NCBI RefSeq assembly: GCF_964355755.1 | Contig: NC_092676.1 | Coordinates: 2,237,788 to 2,301,787 of the forward strand | Length of the DNA stretch: 64,000 nucleotides | Direction: 5' to 3' | Origin: Antedon mediterranea | Lineage: Eukaryota; Animalia; Echinodermata | Shown here: positions 39,201-52,761 of the stretch, piece by piece | How positions within the stretch are numbered: position 1 is the first letter of the stretch | Layout: each line of letters begins with the position of its first letter | Made by a program: the position numbers and the translations under genes | Notes under the pieces: model-generated | What the model was told of the DNA's origin: nothing | What the model saw: only the letters and a program-made list of their open reading frames with translations | Databases searched by the model: none

Positions 39201-40718
39201 CAAGCTACGCCCGCCTCACTCATCGGCCGGCCATCCATGGTCCGCCGTCTCTCAATCGACTCATCTATCCTATCGCGAGAAGCATGATGTTGGTCTCAAT
39301 TTATAGTGGGCTGATTATTAGTTTGAAAACAGCTTAGGGCATTTCTTAAGTGATTTTTTATTCAACGTATTCTTCCTTGGTGAATCCTTTGCCCATTGCT
39401 AGGCTGTGTAAATCAGTAATTAAAGTTGTGATGCGAAAAGTGTGTGTAATTATTCCACAGGTAAAACAAATAGGCATAAGAAACCAATCGCACAGGACCT
39501 CGTAGTGTGCAGAGGAGAGACTTTCTTCTCGAGCGGAAGATCATCGTAAACAAAATTGGTAGAGTCCATTAAGTATGGGGTTGTTTACTATTTACGAACA
39601 TATTAAACACGCGCTTCGACCACTGTGTAGGCAAAATATTGATTTTGTTAAATCCCTAAATTGATAATTGCGTATTCTGTAATCACGTGACTGATGATGT
39701 AATTCTCAGCGACCTACTAAATGCACATGATTTAATGTGTTGGGAAAAAGCTTGCTGTTTATAATGCACATCGTTAACATCTATGCTGCCACATGATTCA
39801 CGGTGCTATTCGCGTTTCTTGGCGTAAATTGGCTGGCGCGTAAATGAAACAATTGATTTTACCAAATTGGTTCCTATTACTATTTAGCCGTTGTCGACAT
39901 AGCGATCGGCGGCTAAGCTAAACTTACACTAGCAAACATTTGCTAGTTTTGACATTTTCAACTACCAATTATCAAGAATCTACTAGCAAAATGCTAGTTT
40001 GCTAGCGTGAATTTCGAGCCCTGTTATATATAAATTTAATACGCCATTCAATCAAGTAAACCATCTACATGCTCTCGACCACGTGTGCAGCGGCAACAAA
40101 ACTATTGTATTTTTTCTTAGCAGCCGCGCGACTCGGTCACTTAATTACGCACAAGAAAAATAGTTTGGAAATTTTATTACATCAAAATAAATTAAATCGT
40201 TTTTTCTCAATAATTAGTATAATCATAATATTGACATTATAATATAACAATATTTACTGCAAAATAACGTGATTTAAGTGTTACAAATGGATAAAATAAA
40301 ACAGCATTGCGTCTTATGTAGGCCTAGTGCATGCATCATCGAGGAATTACTATCACTACGCTCATTGACATGATTGAAAATGTATCACGTAAACTTAACT
40401 GATTTTCACGATTCGAACATGTAAAAACAATATTTTTTTATAATGAATACAACTGTATGAATACTTTTATTTTTTTCTTTACGGAAACATTTATTTTATT
40501 TCGTTTGCTATATACACTGTATCTGTTTATCTTGCACTGTCAGACCACAAGCTGTGATTTATTGCAACTGGCTCTCGTAAATCGCAGCTCTTTACTTTGA
40601 TACCAAGGTTAGTTGTCAATTAGGCCTTATTGAAAATTGAGGTTGGCCGACCCGCTATAGCTTTATATATGACGGGTTAGCTGGTAAAGGGAAGGAACAC
40701 GGCATGACACTTTTTTGA

Positions 40719-40823
40719 TTGAAATTTGAAATTGATATTTATACTGGGTAACCTCTTCAGCCAAAGACTGGTCTCCCAGAGGGCCCAGTTGGTGATCAGT
40801 GGCTGTGATGTAATAATACACCG
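40719..40823 (-). mobile_element. 5'-truncated copy of the same SINE
   Basis: Reverse complement matches 36165-36265 (catcacagccactgatcaccaactgg...gaagaggttacccagtataaat). Confidence 0.8.
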
Positions 40824-40911
40824 AGAGCTATTGTCACAGGTGTTTTATGGTTGGAAGATAAATTAAATAATAGAAAGCGATGGGATAATATTAGACGGGG
40901 TTAAATTTGCA

Positions 40912-42215
40912 CGTCGTTTTCATTACGAATTCTAATTAAACATTGCGCACCTTTTTTGGTTTTATCAATACCTTTTTTAAAAAATGAACTACCGCCTCCA
41001 AACTGCATGGATATGTGTTGAATGTTAAAGGTTAACCCACCCCCCACTAAAATATCCATGTGCGATTGAAGGACTTTAGTTATCTCAGCTAAAATGAATT
41101 CTGGCGTTAGATGTTCTCTTAATAAAAAAGGTAAAGAAATTGGTATACAGTATCTAAACCGTTAGCGTTAATAACAAGCCTAACTCTATCATGTGGCTGA
41201 ACATTTTGGCATAATGTATTCAGCACATGTTCAAATATCCTAACTAATAAAGGTAAAACATCAATAACACGAAATTGGTCTAACCCTACTAAAGTAACTA
41301 AATGATCACTTGAAAATAAATTAAAACATTTGTTGAACTTATCTCTAAGTCTCCTTATAATACAAAGATCTTCAACATTTACAGCGTTTATGTTACGCTC
41401 ATCCTCTTCCTCTTCCTCTGAATCAATGCGAGGTCTCTTAGCAGGCTAAAATACAAGAAATAATAATAACAATTTACTCCATTTATATTATATTTTATCA
41501 TTGAAAAAAATAAATAAAGATCTATAAGTAAAGAAGAAACAACCGTACAAGCTTACCATTTGTTTACGAAAATTTCCAGCTCCATGCTGCACTAATTCCT
41601 CGTCAAATTCATTATTATCTTCTTCATTATTCTCGTCATATCTTTTCTCTCCTCTTCTCTTACCGTGCTAAAATATGAATAAAACAGATAGACTAAGAAC
41701 AATATATCTTACATAATTATACTATTTATAAAAAAAACAATGTTTAAAAAAAGAACTTACCATTACTTTACGGTATTTTCCTACTCCTTCATAATTAAAT
41801 TCAATCATATCTTCTTCGTTATTACTGCTTCTATTCAAAATACCGTACTGTAATACAAAATGTTACAATTTTTTTATATTAGACTAAATATCATATATTA
41901 TTACCATTTTCAAAATAAATTTATAGAAATAGTAACTTGCCATTTCATTACATAATTCGTTCTGATCATCAATTAACTCTTCTATACATCGAATCTGAAA
42001 ATTAAATAACAAAACCCATGTAACAGGCAGAACAAAGAAGTCATTCTTAATAACATTTGGAAAATAATATACTTAAATTTTAATTTTTTGTACAAATTGA
42101 TTCAACTTATCATTTCATCGTTGTCATCAAGAATTTCTAACAAAAATTCCTCGTTACCGCTAAGACTGCTGTCTTCAAATTCTTGTTCATTACCGGTATG
42201 CACGTTAGAATTCAT
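40912..42215 (-). pseudogene. Truncated N-terminal region of a Polinton/Maverick-type protein-primed DNA polymerase B, with four short 5' exons
   Basis: The exon from 41445 reads PAKRPRIDSEEEEEDE...HDRVRLVINANGLD(I)PISLPFLLREHLTPEFILAEITKVLQSH...TFNIQHISMQFGGG...CLIRIRNEND. This resembles the Maverick pPolB N-terminal pattern (L.PI.PF...L....IL..I..VLQS...H..M..G.G...I.I.N.D). One 5-bp frameshift; no catalytic domain present. Assignment from recalled motif only. Confidence 0.6.
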
Positions 42216-42977
42216 CTTTTAACCTCGTGTAGCGGTAATACTTTGGAACTAGTACTAGAGTTTGAGTGACTTCGATGTAATTGATAACACTGACATAGAA
42301 TTTCAAATTATACCCCCCCCCCCCCCCCCCCGATATTTAAACATAAACATGACATCAGAAGCGTCGTTTTTATTTCTTTTGTTTTTTCCTTTTATGATTT
42401 AAATTAAAGTTAAAATTGTATAGATAAGTTACAGTAAACTTTAGTATGTCAAACACCCCGTGTCACTGCTTTCGATTTATCCTCTTTGTTAACAAATCCG
42501 GAAGATGGTTCAATCAAGACATACTTATTATTTAACTTCATTCATTCTTATCTTTTTGTTTTAGTCATTGTTATAATATCCGGATCGAATAACTTATGTC
42601 TTTAGATTATGTCGGCTTAGATCAAGCAAAAACTAGTTTTAATTATAACCAGGTGCATCTTTATTGAATCCATGACTAATTCAAATCTTACAAAAACTAT
42701 ATTGTCTCACATCCTTACCTATGTTAACCATTGTATTATAATCCGAAACATACTGTAACACCTATTGACTTCAACCAATTGTCTCTGTGAGACGGTTATT
42801 TGAACCAGTACCAGTACCAGTACTAACATACCAACAACTTTACACACAGTCCCGAATAATACACACAGTCCCGAATAATACACACTGTAGTGCATACTGT
42901 ACATATTACCGTAATCTGCAATAACACTTTTTTTTTTCTATTATCAATGTTTCTCTTAATATAGTTAAATTGAATAC

Positions 42978-43169
42978 CTGTATGCGTCCATCTAATGTTC
43001 TACGAATGGTAACACATGTAGTTTTTTTAGTGCCATTTGAAATAACTGCATTTATCAGTTCTGTCAGTTCGGAGTTTTCAAGTTTTTTGACCAAACTGTT
43101 TATAGCAGAGGTTTTGAATCTGTCTGGTCGTCCTTGGCTATGGCAAATTAGATTGTCTACAGCATCCAT
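42978..43169 (-). pseudogene. Smad4-like MH1 N-terminal exon (variant A), orphan
   Basis: MDAVDNLICHSQG...AINSLVKKL...CVTIRRTLDGRIQ|gt aligns to SMAD4 SLMCHRQG...AIESLVKKL...CVTIQRTLDGRLQ. Upstream acceptor ctacag, donor after Q. No downstream MH1/MH2 exon found. Confidence 0.8.
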
Positions 43170-43497
43170 ATTTATATTCTCTCACAATGTACCTGTAGTT
43201 TAAACATAATTGTAAATAATGTGGTACGACAAGCAGAAATATCATTTTATCATAATTTCAAAAAGTGGAGTTTGATAACTGGATGCCCATGGTTTACTGT
43301 AGGTATATTTATTCATAAAAAGACATCAAAATACAACGGCAGCCAAAAGGCTGAAAAGTAGTATTTTACAAAATTTGATAAAAATATATAAATACATTAT
43401 GTATAAAAGGTAAAACTAGTTTAAAAAAAAAATAAATAAAAAAATTTACCACATTAAAATTGTTCCACCTGTAAGTTAAAATAGTGCCAGCCTATTC

Positions 43498-44670
43498 AAT
43501 ATTCATCATTAATGAGTCGGACTAAAAAAGGGACTGGTGAAGATCTAAATCTTTCTGTACGACCAAACGGGATTTTGAGTAGAGGCTTACTCGCAGACCT
43601 CAGGGTTCTGCTAATGTCACGAACAGGGGGAAGAATGCTTCTTTGCTACAAATCGTGGCAAAATGTTGGTTAATTACTTCAACAGCCGCTTGCGTTGATA
43701 GACCAGGGATGTTAACGTGTCCTTTTTCTTTAGATTGCAGAGATTCACAATTCCTTTGTGCCATCTAGCAGGGCTATTGCTTTTTAGACACTTTAATGAG
43801 GTCGCGTAAAACTTCTCCTTCGCGTGCGTAATTGCTCTTTGTATGGAGTTACGTATCCTTCGCCATTGTTGGGTATGGTTACTAGAAAAGGCCAACTGTC
43901 GTTCTACAATCAATCTCTTGATTCTCGGCGTCATCCACGGCTTATCGGTTTTCTTATGGCAAATCGATTTTACGGGGAAAAAATCCGCAAATTTCCCATT
44001 AAGCACAGTAAGAAATTAATTTGTTTTAACACTTGTTGATTCGCTATCAAGAACATGGCACCAGTCATGGGCAGTGATCCACGATCCAAATGATCTAACC
44101 GACGAGTTACGATACGGTTGGATAGTACAAGTGGTGTAGTTAGAGGTAGGTATAACATGGATTGGTTTCAAAAGTATACAACAATGGTCGCTACGTCCTA
44201 AGGGGGCCAACTTAGTGGCTTTACTGTATCTCTCCGGTCGATTCATGAACACTTTATCAAGGATGTTATTTTTCCTATGGGTAGGAAAATCAATCATTTG
44301 TTCCATACCTAATTCAGATTGCATATAGGTAGTGTTTAGATGGTTGAAGTCACCAAGTACTATGATATTTGCCAATCTATCCATTCCATAAATACTATCA
44401 ATTACATTTCCAACATGCTCTAAAAGTTGGTTGGGGTAGTTGGCAGACGGCAGGTAGTAAATATAGCTCCGATATATATAGAACGCGTTTTGCTGTTCTG
44501 TGTAGAGCGATAGCTAATTTTTGACCATAGGCATTCGAATTTGCAATCAGTATGCGTAACAATCGGATGGATTTCCAGGTGGTCCGCTGCAAAGCATGCT
44601 ACGCCACCGCCGATTTTATCAGTTCTGTTTTTAAAAACGCCTTTATAATCGCAAAAGTTAACAATACCTT
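43498..44670 (-). mobile_element. Degraded non-LTR retrotransposon ORF2 (APE endonuclease + linker + C-terminal tip; RT core deleted)
   Basis: GGGVACF, FECLW, IIVLGDFNH, NILDKVF, PLGRSDHCCI, KPWMTPRIKRLI and terminal RTERFRSSPVPFLVRLIN; frameshifted. Confidence 0.85.
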
Positions 44671-44710
44671 GTGTTTCCTCTGTTTCTCTTAATATAGTTA
44701 AATTGAATAC

Positions 44711-44902
44711 CTGTATGCGTCCATCTAATGTTCTACGAATGGTAACACATGTAGTTTTTTTAGTGCCATTTGAAATAACTGCATTTATCAGTTCTGTCAG
44801 TTCAGACTTGTTAAGTTTTCTTACCAAACTGTTTATAGCAGAGGTTTTGAATCTGTCTGGTCCTCCTTGGCTATGGCAAATTAGATTGTCTACAGCATCC
44901 AT
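44711..44902 (-). pseudogene. Smad4-like MH1 exon (variant B, mosaic of A and C)
   Basis: Same 64-codon exon; ends like variant A, middle VRKLNKSE like variant C. Confidence 0.8.
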
Positions 44903-45336
44903 TTCTATTTCTATTTCTATCCATTTGAAACTCCGAACTGCAATCTAATGTGTAGTAATGGAATAGCATAAAATGTCGTATTCGGGGAATCGCCCACAAG
45001 TGTTTTCTCAGAGAAGGGTATGTTCTGTATGGGGTTCTGTATGCTATTTGTTAATAATGTACAAAAAATGAAATGAAAAATCATATTAATTATCGGTATG
45101 TACGGAGGAAGCTCGAACAAGACGAAGCGCGAAACAAATAAAAGCGCAGCGCGAAACATCTGAAATGATATACAATTTCTCAAAACATGAAAACACAGAA
45201 TATATTATATTAATATAACTTTTTAATATTTCCAAAGGCTCGGACAAGGAAGAAGGGCCTTAAAAAACTGAATTGCTATAGGTTAGACCACATTTCCATA
45301 ACTTTTCAAAACTCATCGAACCCTCTGCTAGTAGGC

Positions 45337-46174
45337 CTAATTAATATAGGAGCGTATCGCCAGTCTATCGGGGCGTGGACAGAACCCTGTCTCAAGTCTT
45401 TCGAGACGCTCAGTGATTTTATTCAGACTTTCTAATATCGTTTGGTCTGTACCCTTTTGCTTACATGGAAACTCACATTGAAGAGCAAGTCTCTCTTCTC
45501 TCTGTGTGGTTTCTATCAATTCCTGAACCTCATCTATTTGCCATCTTTTTAGAGGCTTTGTCTTTAGGAGGCTCCTAAGCGTGGGGCACGGACAATTTCG
45601 AGCAAACATTGAGATTAATTCTGTTTCTTCGTTGACACTTTGCCCTTGCTTATTTAGTGTTTTGTTTGCCGATTCTATCAGTCTATTCAACCTGGCCCAG
45701 TACTCGGAAGCGGTTTCACAAGCCTTTGGGCCTGTGCTGTAGAAATCAGCCATAGGAGTGTCTGACAGGAGCTCATCACTAAAATTTTGTCTTAAAATTG
45801 AAAAAATGACTTCTGGATCATTGGTTGATTTGCTTCGAAGACCAACCTTTACAATTGATTTTGCTTTTCCTAGGAGGAGGGACAAAATTTCTTCCCCGAC
45901 CTCTTGTATAGGAAGCTGTCTTTTTCTGATATATGATCTTAGTTGGTCCTCCCAATCTAAATAGGGTACTTTATCGGACTCGCCACGAAAGACTGGATGT
46001 TGCCTTATCTCTTGCCTCATTACTATTTGTGGTTGTATTAGAGGGGCCGTTATGGTCTAAGTTCTATCTGCTCTTAACCTAATATTATCAACATGGGTTG
46101 GTACAGACTGTGGTCCTGGTCTTATCATCCCACGACCCCTTCCTCTCCCTCGGGGAGTCGATACAATTGACATG
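45337..46174 (-). mobile_element. Gypsy/Ty3 gag fragment (longest copy)
   Basis: FRGESDK..DWED..SYIRKR...EEILSLLLGKAKSIVKVGLRS...IFSILRQNFS...PMADFYST...EYWARLNR is a Gypsy gag capsid-region pattern; lies downstream of an LTR end and PBS. Confidence 0.8.
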
Positions 46175-46355
46175 ATAATATTATATACAGATTGCAATTA
46201 TATTAAATATATAAAAAAATTAAATATATTAAACTTATCAGATTTAAGTTGTACTTGATGTAAACTAGTCAATGGCACGTCCGACGGATGAACTATTAAG
46301 CGTAGCTTGGTTGCAGTAGATTACTTGAACTTCAGTTGGTGATCTCTTCCTCAAA

Positions 46356-46493
46356 ATCCTGGTCACGGCACCAAAGAATGTAACCGGTTCTTGCTGGTTA
46401 CACACCAAATTCAGGATTTGAGGTGACGTTCACGCAATGAATACTCCGAGACGGTTTTGTTGGCTTTCAAATAGTTTTATTCTCACTGCGGAT
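46356..46493 (-). mobile_element. tRNA-His primer binding site (46356-46373) plus 3' remnant of the 5' LTR (46379-~46493)
   Basis: Minus strand reads ...aataaa...ggttaCA ttctt TGGTGCCGTGACCAGGAT, complementary to the tRNA-His 3' end (...GTCACGGCA-CCA). Repeated in every array unit. Confidence 0.8.
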
Positions 46494-47059
46494 CACGTGA
46501 TACTTAATTAACCAATAAAATGGCAAAGATATGGTGTGTTATAAACTTTGATGACGTACGAATTGCTGCTTTTCTTTGTGCAGCTTTTAGGCATACCTAG
46601 TACTGGATTGTGATTCTTCCTCGCCGTCATGCAGTACTTGCTGGTCTACAAAACTTTAGGCTGAGATATCTCAGGAAGTAGACATGGTATCAAGATATTT
46701 TTTTTTTAGCACTTTAAATCTTGGATTATGTAGGTTATGTAGTATTTGTGAAAATCTCAATTTTGAAAATTGCGACTTATGTCTGCTTTCCCTTGCATGT
46801 GCCACATATCTGAATACGTGAATAGCATACTGCATACAAAATGGTGACTTTAGAATACTGTTTGTAATAACAATGCAATTCAAATTGAAAATCATGTTTT
46901 GAAGGATTATCTTCATTTATGGGCAATCTCACAGTAACCTAGGCCGCAAAAGTGTCTCACAGGGAAAAGACAATTAAACATCAGTTACAAACACGTTTGT
47001 ATCACCCACTATTTAGATTTTAATTGAAATTTGTATTGAATTACCACATAACATAATAC

Positions 47060-48445
47060 GTCCAACTGGTATTTTGATTTAATAAGTCAGGAGTGTCGGT
47101 GACAAACCAAGAATAGAAAGGCCACACCCAATATACGAAATATAAGAGAGAGCCAATTGATGCTTCTCGGGCAGCTCTGCCGTATCACCATATACATCCT
47201 AGAAAACAAAATGCATTTATATTCCTCTGGTATTTTTTACACATAGCTCTAATTATTCAGATAATGAAAGCACTTACCATAAGTAAAGCAAAGTTTGTGA
47301 AATGATTGCATTTACACGTTGTACTTGTATCATTTGTTGAATCAACCCAGCACCCATTAGTTGACCAACCTCCGATTCCTCCTGAAATTTTGGATTATAA
47401 AAGAAATTGTTAAAATGAACAACTGATTCCCATCTACAAAACTACCCCAATTTACTTTAAAAAGGTAAACGTATGGATGCTACAGTAGACACATTTTAGT
47501 ATTTTATGTAAAAACCTTTACAAAATTGCTATTTTATAACATTACCGTTAGCAGTAAAATTCCAGAATACACATTTTGGATTTCCAACATTCTAAAATAA
47601 CGAAAAATAATAATCCAAGTTAAACAAAAAAACAAAACTGTTATAATTCAAAGAAACTTTATTATTAGAATAAAAAACTGTCACTATTTTATGCAAATTT
47701 ACGTTGTGTTTTATGAATGAAATATAAAAAAGAATGTATACAGTATCTTCAACTAATATGCCTATGGCATAAACACAGATTAAAAACTTACGTCTGTTTG
47801 TCTGTGAATAAGAGTTATGGAAATTGGAGATAACGGATCTGTCGGAGCCAAGTCCCCAATTGTAGCCAATATAACAAAACTGTTCAATACGTTTGTTTTA
47901 ATTGGTTCTTCAAATGTTTCGTAATTAGAAAAAGAAAAACTGGCACTTCTGATCGACAATATTATTATACAAAACTACAAGTTACAATACTAGACTATCA
48001 TTAAATACTTTTTCAATACATAATAATTATTTTGTTATAAATGATTTTAACTTCAATTCATTTTTAAAAAAAGATGAAAACGTTCTAATTTACGTAAAAG
48101 AACTTTGACAGGACTATGCATCAAAGTAAACTGTGTCTGTAAAGAAACAAACTGGCATCTTGGTATCGGTCCGATTTGCTCGAACATAGATCTCGGCATA
48201 GTAACAGATGTAAAATCACTCACTCAGTAGAACGAATACTGAACGACACGTGATACTTAATTAACCAATAAAATGGCAAAGATATGGTGTGTTATAAACT
48301 TTGATGACGTACGAATTGCTGCTTTTCTTTGTGCAGCTTTTAGGCATACCTAGTACTAGATTGTGATTCTTCCTCGCCGTCATGCAGTACTTGCTGATCT
48401 ACATCTTCTGCCATTTGACTTGCACTTTCCGTCACGTTCCCCATA
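47060..48445 (-). pseudogene. Adhesion GPCR fragment: GAIN-A tail, GAIN-B exons, GPS exons (47546-47591, 47278-47381), TM1 exon (from 47198); repeated in each unit
   Basis: SVTMPRSMF, LNSFVILATIG..PISITLIH, NPKCVFWNFTAN|[12 protein letters not shown]...[13 protein letters not shown]|DVY...LSYISYIGCGLSILGL..TLLTY*. Introns retained; stop after TM1. Confidence 0.88.
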
Positions 48446-51400
48446 CCTGTATACTGTACGTCCATCCAAGGTCCTTCGAATGGTAACACATGTAGTTTTT
48501 TTTGTTCCATTAGATGTAACTGCATTGATCAGTTCTGTCAGTTCAGACTTGTTAAGTTTTCTTACCAAACTGTTTATTGCTGATGTTTTGAATCTGTCTG
48601 GTCGTCCTTTGCTATAGGAAATTAGATTGTCTACAGCATCCATATTTATATTCTCTCACAATTTACCTGTAGTTTAAACATAAACCGGAAGCGGTTTCAC
48701 AAGCCTTTGGGCCTGTGCTGTAGAAATCAGCCATAGGAGTGTCTGACAGAAGCTCATCACTAAAATTTTGTCTTAAAATTGAAAAAATAACTTCTGGATC
48801 ATTGGTTGATTTGCATCGAAGACCAACCTTTACAATTGATTTTGCTTTTCCTAGGAGGAGGGACAAAATTTCTTCCCCGACCTCTTGTATAGGAAGATAT
48901 TTCTGATATATGATCTTATTTGGTCCTCCCAATCTAAATAGGGTACTTTAGCGGACTCGCCACGAAAGACTGGAGGTTGCCTTATCTCTTGCTTCATTAC
49001 TATTTGTGGTTGTATTAGAGGGGCCGTTATGGTCTAAGTTCTATCTGCTCTTAACCTAATATTATCAACATGGGTTGGTACAGACTGTGGTCCTGGTCTT
49101 ATCATCCCACGACCCCTTCCTCTCCCTCGGGGAGTCGATACAATTGATATGATAATATTATATACAGATTGCAATTATATTAAATATATAAAAAATTAAA
49201 ATATATTAAACTTATCAGATTTAAGTTGTACTTGATGTAACTAGTCAATGGCACGTCCGACGGATGAACTATTAAGCGTAGCTTGGTTGCAGTAGATTAC
49301 TTGAACTTCAGTTGGTGATCTCTTCCTCAAAATCCTGGTCACGGCACCAAAGAATGTAACCGGTTCTTGCTGGTTACACACCAAATTCAGGATTTGAGGT
49401 GACGTTCACGCAATGAATACTCCGAGACGGTTTTGTTGGCTTTCAAATAGTTTTATTCTCACTGCGGATCACGTGATACTTAATTAACCAATAAAATGGC
49501 AAAGATATGGTGTGTTATAAACTTTGATGACGTACGAATTGCTGCTTTTCTTCGTGCAGCTTTTAGGCATACCTAGTACTGGATTGTGATTCTTCCTCGC
49601 CGTCATGCAGTACTTGCTGGTCTACAAAACTTTAGGCTGAGATATCTCAGGAAGTAGACATGGTATCAAGATATTTTTTTTTTAGCATTTTTATAAATCT
49701 TGGATTATGTAGGTTATGTAGTATTTGTGAAAATCTCAATTTTGAAAATTCCGACTTATGTCTGCTTTCCCTTGCATGTGCCACATATCTGAATACGTGA
49801 ATAGCATACTGTATACAAAATGGTGACTTTAGAATACTGTTTGTAATAACAATGCAATTCAAATTGAAAATCATGTTTTGAAGGATTATCTTCATTTATG
49901 GGCAATCTCACAGTAACCTAGGCCGCAAGTGTCTCGCAGGGAAAAGACAATTAAACATCAGTTACGAACACGTTTGTATCAGCCACTATTTAGATTTTAA
50001 TTAAAATTTGTATTGAATTACCACATAACATAATACGTACAACTGGTATTTTGATTTAATAAGGAGTGTCAGTGACAAACCAAGAATAGAAAGGCCACAC
50101 CCAATATACGAAATATAAAAGAGAGCCAATTGATGCTTCTCGGGCAGCTCTGCCGTATCACCATATACATCCTAGAAAACAAAATGCATTTATATTCCTC
50201 TGGTATTTTTTACACATAGCTCTAATTATTCAGATAATGAAAGCACTAACCATAAGTAAAGCAAAGTTTGTGAAATGATTGCATTTACACGTTGTACTTG
50301 TATCATTTGTTGAATCAACCCAGCACCCATTAGTTGACCAACCTCCGATTCCTCCTGAAATTTTGGATTATAAAAGAAAATTGTTAAAATGAACAACTGA
50401 TTCCCATCTACAAAACTACCCCAATTTACTTTAAAAAGGTAAACGTATGGATGCTACAGTAGACACATTTTAGTATTTTATGTAAAAACCTTTACAAAAT
50501 TGCTATTTTATAACATTACCGTTAGCAGTAAAATTCCAGAATACACATTTTTAAAAAAAAAAACAAAACTGTTATAATTCAAAGAAACTTTATTATTAGA
50601 ATAAAAAACTGTCACTATTTTATGCAAGTTTACGTTGTGTTTTATGAATGAAATATAAAAAAGAATGTATACAGTATCTTCAACTAATATGCCTATGGCA
50701 TAAACACAGATTAAAAACTTCAGTCTGTTTGTCTGTGAATAAGAGTTATGGAAATTGGAGATAACGGATCTGTCGGAGCCAAGTCCCCAATTGTAGCCAA
50801 TATAACAAAACTGTTCAATACGTTTGTTTTAATTGGTTCTTCAAATGTTTCGTAATTAGAAAAAGAAAAGCTGGCACTTCTGATCAACAATATTATTATA
50901 CAAAACTACAAGTTACAATACTAGACTATCATTAAATACTTTTTCAATACATAATAATTATTTTGTTATAAATGATTTTAACTTCAATTCATTTTTAAAA
51001 AAAGAAGATGAAAACGTTCTAATTTACGTAAAAGAACTTTGACAGCACTATGCATCAAAGTAAACTGTGTCTGTAAAGAAACAAACTGGCATCTTGGTAT
51101 CGGTCCGATTTGCTCGAACATAGATCTCGGCATAGTAACAGATGTAAAATCACTCACTCAGTAGAACGAATACTGAACGACACGCGATACTTAATTAACC
51201 AATAAAATGGCAAAGATATGGTGTGTTATAAACTTTGATGACGTACGAATTGCTGCTTTTCTTTGTGCAGCTTTTAGGCATACCTAGTACTGGATTGTGA
51301 TTCTTCCTCGCCGTCATGCAGTACTTGCTGATCTACATCTTCTGCCATTTGACTTGCACTTTCCGTCACGTTCCCCATACCTGTATACGTCCATCCAAGG

Positions 51401-52135
51401 TCCTTCGAATGGTAACACATGTAGTTTTTTTTGTTCCATTAGATGTAACTGCATTGATCAGTTCTGTCAGTTCAGACTTGTTAAGTTTTCTTACCAAACT
51501 GTTTATTGCTGATGTTTTGAATCTGTCTGGTCGTCCTTTGCTATAGGAAATTAGATTGTCTACAGCATCCATATTTATATTCTCTCACAATGTACCTGTA
51601 GTTTAAACATAAACCGGAAGCGGTTTCACAAGCCTTTGGGCCTGTGCTGTAGAAATCAGCCATAGGAGTGTCTGACAGAAGCTCATCACTAAAATTTTGT
51701 CTTAAAATTGAAAAAATAACTTCTGGATCATTGGTTGATTTGCATCGAAGACCAACCTTTACAATTGATTTTGCTTTTCCTAGGAGGAGGGACAAAATTT
51801 CTTCCCCGACCTCTTGTATAGGAAGATATTTCTGATATATGATCTTATTTGGTCCTCCCAATCTAAATAGGGTACTTTAGCGGACTCGCCACGAAAGACT
51901 GGAGGTTGCCTTATCTCTTGCTTCATTACTATTTGTGGTTGTATTAGAGGGGCCGTTATGGTGGAAGTTCTATCTGCTCTTAACCTAATATTATCAACAT
52001 GGGTTGGTACAGACTGTGGTCCTGGTCTTATCATCCCATGACCCCTTCCTCTCCCTCGGGGAGTCGATACAATTGACATGATATTATATATAGATTGCAA
52101 TTATATTAAATATATAAGAAAATAAAATATATTAA

Positions 52136-52761
52136 AGCCCCATTCCCTACGTTTTTTAGATCTAATTTAAGATCACAAACTATATTTAATGTAAAAATAA
52201 TACTATATGGTCCTATTGCGATAACTTTTTTCGTCTTTAAACGGTTAAAAATGTGAAAAATAAATCGATTTTAATAATTATAGCGGCCCGCTATAAATCC
52301 CAAAATGCATTGCGCGCGGATTGATATTGTTGTTTTTCACCTGTAATTCGCCCACTTTTCGATCGATCGTGAAGCCAAAACAAATGGAAGACTCCTTACT
52401 TTTCAGCGAAAATACCGGGTTTTCCCCAATTTGTATCAACGGAGTCTGGCAAAAATAGAAAGACAATTAATGCAGCAACTATACAACGTCAGGCTAGGTA
52501 TATAGCTAGCGTACGATGTTCGTACGTTACCGATGTTTACCAGCTAGGCCTACAAAACTAAGCCTAGCTAGGCTAGGCCTGAGACCGTCCACGAGAGGTC
52601 GATCGCCGCGAGCTACTTAGGTAGTGCATTGTTTCTCACTTTTTATCATAATTTACCATAAAACGTACATTTAAGACAAGGAATGACATGGTTTAATGTT
52701 TTTAAAGTGATATATATGTATTATTTTCCAAAAAACGTCCAAAATTGCAGGGAAGGGGTCT
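52136..52761. mobile_element. 626-bp non-autonomous TTAA-specific DNA transposon (Kolobok-like) inserted in one array unit
   Basis: ttaa|agccccattccctac ... gcagggaaggggtct|ttaa. Sister units have a single TTAA at this site; 3549-2919=630=626+4. Confidence 0.85.

Noticed and set aside
44420-44902. 160-aa Smad MH1-endonuclease fusion ORF
   Set aside because: Read-through from the Smad donor into a frameshifted LINE fragment; most likely an accidental frame match.
46671-46916. Recurrent 81-82 aa ORF MKIILQNMIF in each array unit
   Set aside because: No recognisable motif; it recurs only because the unit is repeated, and the sequence looks like a non-coding TE fragment.
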